From a virus, in IMG/VR virus record IMGVR_UViG_3300045988_122191, positions 44,922-108,921 of that record: a stretch of DNA of 64,000 nucleotides. One strand, 5' to 3'. Position 1 is the first letter of the stretch. Each line of letters begins with the position of its first letter. Under the pieces are notes generated by a model that was given only the letters and a program-made list of their open reading frames with translations, was not told the origin of the DNA and searched no databases. A program made the position numbers and the translations under genes. Of the stretch, positions 27,099-34,601 are shown piece after piece.

Positions 27099-29337
27099 CT
27101 TGATATGTACTATGTTTCACTCTTTCTTCTACCTCTGCTTGTTTGCCGTCGTTAAAATTGTGGTAATCAGTAGAAAGATATCCTGTTACGCGACGTAGCT
27201 GCTGGATGTTCTTGCTTCCGCATTCAGGACAACTATTATTAAACTCGCCCTGATATCCGCAATCTAAGCAACTATCAATTGGGAAATTGAAAGCAAGATA
27301 CGGAATATCAAGCTCTTTAAAAGCATAATCAATAATATCTTCCACAGCTTTAGTATTCTTTACGAAGGTGCTCGACAATTCTACGTAAGTAATAGTGCCA
27401 CCTGTCGGATACTTACAGAACGGAGCTTCAATACGAAGCTTGTCATAGATAGACACCTTTTCCCATACAGGCACATGGTGGGAGTTTGTCAGATAATCAT
27501 GAGATGTAACATCTTTAATAACACCATATTGCTCTCTAAGCGCAACCAGCGCTGTACGCGCTAATGTTTCGGCCGGAGTCGCGTAACATGAGAAATTCAG
27601 GTCATTTCGCTTAGATGCCTCTGCCGCAAACTCATTGATTCTTTTTACAACAGATAGCGCAAAGGCGTGAATATCCTTGTCGTGAACATGATTTTTCCCG
27701 AATAGCGCTTGACACATCTCTGCAACTCCAATGAAGCCTATGGCAAGCGTGTTGCCTTTTAAAGCATTAAACACGTCGTCTTCACACTCACGTGCTTTTT
27801 GGATTGTATTGTTTTCATACATAAACGGAGCAGCTTTCGGTGATTGCCGAACCATGATTTCGAACCGCTCTAGCAGCCCTCTCTCACACAGTTTTAATGT
27901 TTCCTCAAAAGCGTTCCAGAACCCGTCGAGATCTGGCTTTGTGCGCTCTCCTAGGCAAATACCAAACTCGATTCCGAGCTTCGGGAGAATAATTGTGTTG
28001 GGTACATTATTCCCTCTGCCTTGGCGGATATACCCAAGGCCATGGCGATCATACCCCAGCATAGTTCTACAACCCATGGTACTAAACCAGGTGTCCGGGT
28101 TGTCGTCGTCCTCATGCGCTTGAGACCAATCACCGTTACACCAGTTCGGGTAAATTCGTTTGCTCATTGACTTTAAGGCAAGCTGTTTGAGGTCGTAATT
28201 TTTATCTTCAGGATTTGCATTAACACCTTGCTTGTACTGGAAGATGCTAATTGGGAAGATGCTTGTCAGATGGTGTTTACCGATCCCATCTAGGCTGGCT
28301 TCAAAAACCCACTTGGTTATGAGTCGGCCTTCGACGGATGTATCTCTGCCAAGGTTGATTGACGTGAATGGCACCTGCGAACCTTGCCGTGATTCTAGTG
28401 TATTCAGGTTATGGTACAACGCCTGAGTCGATTGCTGCCCCTCTCTCTCTAACATATCCATAGCGTACTGATATGCTTTCGGGTAATATGATTTGAAAAC
28501 TGGATTGTCAATATGCCAATCATCTGTTTCAAAAATAACTATATCTCCAATTCCCCTCACAGTTGGTTCGTCGATGTATTTCTTTCCGTCTTCATAATGT
28601 TTGCGAAAGCTTTTCTTTACAAACGGAGCGAGATCCAGGTCAAAGTGTACCGTGCCGCAGCCACCGTACTGGATCTGGCTTTGGCACTGAAAAGCGACGG
28701 CGACAAGCTGACACGCTGTGCTGAAGCTTGCGGGTGGTCGCACATCTCCGTTTCTAGTGTGAAACCCGTATGTAAACAGCTCTTGGAAATTAACGTTAAG
28801 GCAATTGTGCATACCGTAAATCGCCTTCTCCAGGTCGTGCTGATAAATCAACATTTCCTTATGAGCTTTTGCTACTTCGTCAGATAGACCGCCATACTCT
28901 AAGGCAATCATCTTACCGATATCAGCAGATGCCTCTTTTTCTCTGCCTGAAAAGCTCTTCTCGTCCACATTTGCATTAGATCTATTATCTACACTGGACG
29001 TTGCGCGATCCAAAACCTTCTGAACAAGCCGTCCGTTCCGCTCTCTTACCTTCGTTCTCTCATTTCTGTATAGGATGTATGCTTTTGCCACATCTTTTCT
29101 GTCAGATTCCATAAGTTTGGCTTCAACAATATCTTGAATTTCCTCAACAGACTTGCTTTTTTTCATTTCAGCAGTCACGGCGACCGCAATTTCCTTTGCA
29201 ACAGCTGCACACTGCCCATTTTCTTCCCCATCGACGCTTACAAACGCCTTCTTTACTGCTTCTTCTATCTTTTTAGGGGAAAATTTCTCTAACCGACCGT
29301 CTCTTTTGATTACAAATAGCTCGATAATCAACCACAA
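27076..29337 (-). CDS. nrdD: anaerobic ribonucleoside-triphosphate reductase (class III)
   Basis: 753 aa with an ATP-cone-like N-terminus. C-terminal zinc ribbon CLDCGYQGEFNNSCPECG followed by the glycyl-radical region RRVTGYLS. Confidence 0.9.
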   Translation of the reverse strand: MWLIIELFVIKRDGRLEKFSPKKIEEAVKKAFVSVDGEENGQCAAVAKEIAVAVTAEMKKSKSVEEIQDIVEAKLMESDRKDVAKAYILYRNERTKVRERNGRLVQKVLDRATSSVDNRSNANVDEKSFSGREKEASADIGKMIALEYGGLSDEVAKAHKEMLIYQHDLEKAIYGMHNCLNVNFQELFTYGFHTRNGDVRPPASFSTACQLVAVAFQCQSQIQYGGCGTVHFDLDLAPFVKKSFRKHYEDGKKYIDEPTVRGIGDIVIFETDDWHIDNPVFKSYYPKAYQYAMDMLEREGQQSTQALYHNLNTLESRQGSQVPFTSINLGRDTSVEGRLITKWVFEASLDGIGKHHLTSIFPISIFQYKQGVNANPEDKNYDLKQLALKSMSKRIYPNWCNGDWSQAHEDDDNPDTWFSTMGCRTMLGYDRHGLGYIRQGRGNNVPNTIILPKLGIEFGICLGERTKPDLDGFWNAFEETLKLCERGLLERFEIMVRQSPKAAPFMYENNTIQKARECEDDVFNALKGNTLAIGFIGVAEMCQALFGKNHVHDKDIHAFALSVVKRINEFAAEASKRNDLNFSCYATPAETLARTALVALREQYGVIKDVTSHDYLTNSHHVPVWEKVSIYDKLRIEAPFCKYPTGGTITYVELSSTFVKNTKAVEDIIDYAFKELDIPYLAFNFPIDSCLDCGYQGEFNNSCPECGSKNIQQLRRVTGYLSTDYHNFNDGKQAEVEERVKHSTYQDAGELFG

Positions 29338-29873
29338 CCTTCCATAATCTCACTTGCGACCCAATCCGCTTCAGATCTCAGACTTTCAAGCGTCAAATTT
29401 TCAACTACATAGTCAAAATCATAGTCGTCAAGCTCATTTTCTGATTTATGCCTACGCCAAAACGCCGTTTCATCACCGCAATCCATTCTCTCAACACGCA
29501 CGGTCACGGTTTTAAACGCCGCTTTCACTTTTTCTACCTCATTTTTGAACCGCGCGTCGGGAATCAGCACGATATCCCACAGATACCCGATGGAATGTAG
29601 GGTATCTACCACAAAGTTCACAAAAAAATCCTCATTGTTTGCTCTAAATGTATCCCCTGTCACTTGAAGAAGCTCTCTGCCGCAAGAATCCTTCTTGCTA
29701 TCCCAACTGAAGTAACTGCGGAGAATATATTTCAAAGAATCAGCGTAATGAGTTGTGCAAACCTTCTTCCCGTACGCCTGTTCAAGCTCATCCGTCAGCA
29801 TTCCAGCAAATGTATCCTTACCAGAACCAGCCTTCCCTGAAATCAGGACAACCAAGGGGCTTTGACTCTTCAT
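29328..29873 (-). CDS. P-loop kinase, dNMP-kinase-like (T4 gp1-like)
   Basis: Walker A VVLISGKAGSGKDTFAG resembles phage deoxynucleoside monophosphate kinases. 181 aa. Confidence 0.55.
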   Translation of the reverse strand: MKSQSPLVVLISGKAGSGKDTFAGMLTDELEQAYGKKVCTTHYADSLKYILRSYFSWDSKKDSCGRELLQVTGDTFRANNEDFFVNFVVDTLHSIGYLWDIVLIPDARFKNEVEKVKAAFKTVTVRVERMDCGDETAFWRRHKSENELDDYDFDYVVENLTLESLRSEADWVASEIMEGCG

Positions 29874-30196
29874 GCCATCCCCTCCTCAGTCAAATTACTC
29901 AGAACCAGCCATAGCTCATCGTCCGGAACAACCTTGTTACTGACCATTGGGGATCTTTCAATCCAATCATATTGACATTTTGCGTCCCAGTTCTTCTTCT
30001 GTGGGCTATATCTGTCAACTCTGTTCTGCATATACAGCAGGAGCTTATAGCAATTACTTTCACTCATATAAACGTCCAGCGGTGAGGCGTGAAGTCGGTT
30101 CATGTCGTAAGACAAACCCTCCACACCTTTGAAAAAATCCGCCATGCACGTAATCAGTTTGAATTCTTCAATATTGTACTTGTATTTCTTGATCAT
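29870..30196 (-). CDS. hypothetical protein
   Basis: 108-aa ORF, translationally coupled to its neighbours. Confidence 0.35.
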   Translation of the reverse strand: MIKKYKYNIEEFKLITCMADFFKGVEGLSYDMNRLHASPLDVYMSESNCYKLLLYMQNRVDRYSPQKKNWDAKCQYDWIERSPMVSNKVVPDDELWLVLSNLTEEGMA

Positions 30197-30402
30197 TCTT
30201 CCTCCGTGAATGGGTTAACCGCAAAATCAATACGGTTTACAATTTTATCAAAGCAGTCGTAACATAAAGTGCAAGAAAACCGCAGCCCATCATAGACACT
30301 TCCATATCCAACCTCTCCAAGGTCGATATCAAAGTAGTTGCCCAGGCTAAACTCTTTTAGTTCACGACCACACACATTACATTTCTTATGTACATCATTC
30401 AT
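30193..30402 (-). CDS. small zinc-ribbon protein
   Basis: CNVCG...CTLCYDC Cys pairs in 69 aa. Confidence 0.35.
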   Translation of the reverse strand: MNDVHKKCNVCGRELKEFSLGNYFDIDLGEVGYGSVYDGLRFSCTLCYDCFDKIVNRIDFAVNPFTEEE

Positions 30403-30482
30403 CTTGTAAAAACTCCTGTTGTAATGATTGCTTTCGCCAACAAGGCGGGCTTCTGTTGTTCAAAAACTTTTCTGCAGTTGCA

Positions 30483-31661
30483 TCACTCCAATACTTTGTA
30501 GTCGTTCAAATACCAATACCCTTTCTTGTTCTTGTACAGACCTGCGCCGAACAGGATATTGTATTGAGCGAAAGGCTTCTTATCAAAAATAGACTTACGA
30601 ACCGTGAGTCTTGCCTCGTTACCAGTCCCGATAGACCGAACTGTTGTGGCAACACCCCACACTCCGTTAGGCCCATTCAGGTCAAACGTCTCAAGAACAA
30701 TCAGCTTTCTTCTGTCTTGCGGATCATTGGTCGTGATGTCTATGTACCCCATTAGTCCAAGCTGATCCATGATCCTACTCCTCACATCAGCCTCTTCAAT
30801 ACCAAGACTTAGAACATTGCGCTCACATTCCTCCAATAAGCCGGGCATATCTGTGATCGTATAAGACTTTAGCTCATTGCCCTTCACGCCAACGTCTGTC
30901 GCGTGTCGCTTTACTATTTCACACATCGGCCCTTCTTTAAGCTTTGTCTTCTTAATAGATTTGGCCGTGCCATCATTAAAGAACTTGAAGATGTCGTATA
31001 TTCTTTGCAACTCACGGGTGTTGCCATACTCAGAAAAGAACCCTATGCGGATTAGATTTAAGAGTTGTCGCTCATTACACGACGTCTCTGATCTAATTCG
31101 AATGAGTGTCTCCATAAATGTCTTCGGTTTCTTCTGGTGATACATGGCATAGAGTTGCTGCGGCACAACTTTGTTAAGATACTTTACAGAGCTGATACCT
31201 TTGGATACGATCTTTCTGTCCGGGTCAAACATGTACTGGTCAGACGACGCACCAAACATCGGGGGCGTAATCTTCAGCCCGTATATCTGTGCAAGCTTAG
31301 TGCCGTTTCTGATATCCTCATCCTTTGCTGGATTATTTAGATAACTCGTCACAAACTCATACGGATGATAACAACGCAACCACGCACACAAAAACCCAAC
31401 CAGACAATAGCTAATAGAGTGATTGTAACCAAACTGATATGACGCACTGTCCTCCAGTATCTGAAGGAACTCTTTTGCTTCTTCTTCGGCCACTTCTCGT
31501 GGCTTATCTGACTTACTACAATACCCGTCAAGAATTTTTGGAAGCGCAGCGTCTAATCTATCTTTGTCCTTTCTACCAATGGCTCGGCGGATATTGTCAC
31601 TTTCAGAACCAGACAACCCGCAGATTTGTTGCAGGAATTTAATCGTGTCTTCCTGATAAAT
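30483..31661 (-). CDS. dnaE: DNA polymerase III alpha subunit, C-terminal segment (exon 2)
   Basis: The reading frame is open upstream of the annotated TTG as ...YQEDTIKFLQQICGLSGSESDNIRRAIGRK, matching DnaE [26 protein letters not shown]. Pol III alpha C-terminal region follows. Confidence 0.8.
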   Translation of the reverse strand: MYQEDTIKFLQQICGLSGSESDNIRRAIGRKDKDRLDAALPKILDGYCSKSDKPREVAEEEAKEFLQILEDSASYQFGYNHSISYCLVGFLCAWLRCYHPYEFVTSYLNNPAKDEDIRNGTKLAQIYGLKITPPMFGASSDQYMFDPDRKIVSKGISSVKYLNKVVPQQLYAMYHQKKPKTFMETLIRIRSETSCNERQLLNLIRIGFFSEYGNTRELQRIYDIFKFFNDGTAKSIKKTKLKEGPMCEIVKRHATDVGVKGNELKSYTITDMPGLLEECERNVLSLGIEEADVRSRIMDQLGLMGYIDITTNDPQDRRKLIVLETFDLNGPNGVWGVATTVRSIGTGNEARLTVRKSIFDKKPFAQYNILFGAGLYKNKKGYWYLNDYKVLE

Positions 31662-32618
31662 TAGATCCGTTTTATTATGTGCTATGTATCTCTTTCATCT
31701 TAATCGCATCTTCGAGCGGGATGCCTCGACGGATTCTAGCTCTTAACGTCGTGTATTTTATTCCCGTTCTTCTGGCCCATTCTGCCATGGTTAATGTTTC
31801 GCCATTGTAAGTAAACAGTTTATTGCTTGATTGGTTATTGCATTGTGATGTATGGTTAGACCACCTACAATTCGACGGGCAGTAATCTTTTGAGTTATCT
31901 ATCCTGTCAATTGTACATTCTTGTGGGGCCGCGTACTCGTTATATCCATTCTCGATTGCCCACTCTGAAAACGCCGTAAAATCGTTTCGCCATTCTTCGC
32001 ATACCGCAATGCCTTTCCCGCCATAATACTTATAGTTTTCAGAATTCTTATTGTAACAACGGTTTTTAATACCAGCCCACACACGATACAGTCTTGTTTT
32101 CGACGCTTTATGTGTCGTCATTCTTTCTCTAACTAGCTCTCTTTGAAGACACCCGCATGAACGAGTGTCTCCGGTAATTAGGTCACGGCTTGACACTACC
32201 TTTTCTTTGCCACAGTCGCATCGGCAACGCCACGTTGCGTTTTTTGCCTTATCGCTACCAGCTCTATCGACTACCAACAGTCTTCCAAACTGTTGCCCTT
32301 TTAATTGATACATACATTCACCTCCTTCATAATTTATTTACATAGCACTTAGTTCGCTAAACTATCCTCTACCATTTCGATAGAGCGTAGACTATATCTT
32401 CATCCGTTTTATCCGGATGCCCACCGCTTCGAACCGCCGATCGCTTGCGGTCCTACTTGCATACGCAATAGTCGTTGAACCTTTCTCTGTTCGAGACTTG
32501 GCTGCTGATTGCCCAATCTACATTCTTTTCAAACCATCACGCTTATCTTTGTTTCAAAATTACGTTGTGGCGAATATAGCTCTAAGGGGTTTCCAGCAAT
32601 TCAATGGGTTTGCAAGCG
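31659..32618 (-). mobile_element. intervening sequence in dnaE: putative group I intron carrying an HNH homing endonuclease ORF (boundaries approximate)
   Basis: About 960 nt separate DnaE ...ELLADNNG(LEIVPV) from (DL)IYQED.... It holds ~290 nt of ORF-free sequence upstream of the HNH gene. The HNH ORF has its own SD (AAGGAGGTG) and ends ~15 nt before the exon-2 homology. Confidence 0.55.
31675..32313 (-). CDS. HNH homing endonuclease (AP2-like plus HNH plus C-terminal HTH)
   Basis: RLYRVWAGIKNRCYNKNSENYKYYGGKGIAVCEEW, HNH motif IDRIDNSKDYCPSNCRWSNHTSQCNNQ, and C-terminal MAEWARRTGIKYTTLRARIRRGIPLEDAI. Confidence 0.8.
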   Translation of the reverse strand: MYQLKGQQFGRLLVVDRAGSDKAKNATWRCRCDCGKEKVVSSRDLITGDTRSCGCLQRELVRERMTTHKASKTRLYRVWAGIKNRCYNKNSENYKYYGGKGIAVCEEWRNDFTAFSEWAIENGYNEYAAPQECTIDRIDNSKDYCPSNCRWSNHTSQCNNQSSNKLFTYNGETLTMAEWARRTGIKYTTLRARIRRGIPLEDAIKMKEIHST

Positions 32619-34598
32619 CATATTACTATGCACCGGGACTATCTCTAATCCATTATTGTCCGCAAGCAACTCGTCAATCATTGGCGACGGGTTATGATGT
32701 GGAACTCTACTTATCAAATCATTTCTATACGACGCGCCAGACGGGCGAATACACGCAGTCACCAACGACATATCAAAGATCGACTTCGTGTTGAAGTCCT
32801 TTAGCATCTTTCCTGCAAAGGGAGATTCCATCTGAAAGATGCCGATATTGGAAACCATCATGTCTTCCCAAACCTTTTGGTCACCCCAATCTATTTCATG
32901 TGACTTCGGGTATGGGATGTTTGCCAGTTTGCAAGCGTCACGAATAATTTGTAGCGTACTTAGAACAAGCATGTCGTACTTAACGAGAGACACCTCATGG
33001 ATTTCTTCCATGTCAATCTGAAGTACGATACCGCTATCCTTGTGGTGAAAAACGCCATAGTTATCATCTAATGTAACAGGGCTGATCACAATGCCAGCCG
33101 GATGTACAGATTGTGATACTCTTGTATTCAGGAACCCATCAAAATAATAGAACGTTTCTTTGTATCTCTCTCTGCACGTTTCTGCATCCTTTCCGTAATC
33201 TGCTTTAATCTTTGCCGCTAGACTTACTGGATATGGGTTTTCGTTTTTGTCCGCTTCCGGATGTTGCTCTGCCCATTTATGTCTGAACCCACGCACAATC
33301 TCTTCGATAGTCGCCAAGCCTTTTAGTGTACCGCATGATGGAACGAACGCAGTCTTCCGTTGCCCGAATCGTTCAATAATGTAATTGAAGATCTTAGGCC
33401 GGTCATCTTCAATAACGTCTGTGTCGATATCGCCTACTTCAATCCGGTCCTCATTGCAAAAGCGGCTGAATACCGTATGCCATGTTTCCGGGTTAACATC
33501 TGTAATATCTGTCACATAAGCAACTCTTGACCCAGCTACACTGCCACGCCCAGGACCTGTTACAATTCCATTCTCATGACACCATGTAAGAATCTCGCTC
33601 ATGGATTGCATGAACCCGCACATCCCAAGTTTTGTGAATACTCTAAGCTCTTCTTTAATTGCGTCTCGGAACGCTTGTTCTTGCTCTCTTGGGATGATTC
33701 CGGCCTCTAACTTTGCTTCTAGCTTTTCGTTAATATTCTGGATAAATTTTTCTCTATCTTCTTCTGCAGACCCATAAAGGATTGGGTATTTCAAAGAAGT
33801 ATCTAATTCAAACTCCTCAACCTGATTTGCCATCAAGACTGTATTGTCTATCGCGGCCTGCCATGCTTCTTCTGGGATAGCGTCTTGTTTTTTAAAAGCT
33901 TCCCCCAGTTCCTCGCGCGACTTATACGTTAGATCAAAATCATCTTCCGTGTCATAATGCTTACTCTTTGCATAAGCAAGCAACGACCGACACTCAGCGT
34001 AGTATTGGTCGATACTGTGCGTGTCTGTTGCCGCAATCAAAGGGATGCCATACCTTTGAGACAGCGCTGCCAAGTGTCTGTTATAGACAATCTGATCTTC
34101 ACAATCGTGCGGTTGGATCTCAAGGTAGTCATACTTCTTTACGAGCTTCTCGTAGTACGGATGACTTACGTCCAGCTTGTTCAGTGGTGAAGCCAAACAA
34201 GCGGACGTTTTGATAATATTCGGAGAGATATTCAAAAACTCATCAAACGAAAGTCGCCCGACGTAGTATTTATGTTCTTCATCCGTTGACATACTAAGCA
34301 ACTTATTAAGTTCCAAAAACCCTTGTCGGTTCTTCGCTATCAGAATCGTATGATAGTTATCTCTCACTTTCTCATGTAGAGATTCCGTCAAATAAATTTC
34401 CACGCCATGTAGATACTTGACACCTGCTGCATCACAAGCCATCTTCTTGGCAACCCATCCACGGATGTTGCCATGCTCGGTGAAGCAAATAGCCTTCTGC
34501 CCAAGCTGCTTTGCCTTCTCTATGTAAAGGTTAAAATCTGTCGTCGAGTCCAACAGCGAATAGTCGCTGTGAACATGATACGCAACATAATTATCCAA
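32601..34598 (-). CDS. dnaE: DNA polymerase III alpha subunit, N-terminal segment (exon 1; the last ~6 codons before the stop are probably intron-encoded read-through)
   Basis: PHP domain start YHVHSDYSLLDS. Palm/fingers motifs ...KYDMLVLSTLQII..., IGIFQMES and ACIRPSGAS. Homology to DnaE is lost at ...GLEIVPV. Confidence 0.8.
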   Translation of the reverse strand: MDNYVAYHVHSDYSLLDSTTDFNLYIEKAKQLGQKAICFTEHGNIRGWVAKKMACDAAGVKYLHGVEIYLTESLHEKVRDNYHTILIAKNRQGFLELNKLLSMSTDEEHKYYVGRLSFDEFLNISPNIIKTSACLASPLNKLDVSHPYYEKLVKKYDYLEIQPHDCEDQIVYNRHLAALSQRYGIPLIAATDTHSIDQYYAECRSLLAYAKSKHYDTEDDFDLTYKSREELGEAFKKQDAIPEEAWQAAIDNTVLMANQVEEFELDTSLKYPILYGSAEEDREKFIQNINEKLEAKLEAGIIPREQEQAFRDAIKEELRVFTKLGMCGFMQSMSEILTWCHENGIVTGPGRGSVAGSRVAYVTDITDVNPETWHTVFSRFCNEDRIEVGDIDTDVIEDDRPKIFNYIIERFGQRKTAFVPSCGTLKGLATIEEIVRGFRHKWAEQHPEADKNENPYPVSLAAKIKADYGKDAETCRERYKETFYYFDGFLNTRVSQSVHPAGIVISPVTLDDNYGVFHHKDSGIVLQIDMEEIHEVSLVKYDMLVLSTLQIIRDACKLANIPYPKSHEIDWGDQKVWEDMMVSNIGIFQMESPFAGKMLKDFNTKSIFDMSLVTACIRPSGASYRNDLISRVPHHNPSPMIDELLADNNGLEIVPVHSNMRLQTH

Positions 34599-34601
34599 CC
34601 A

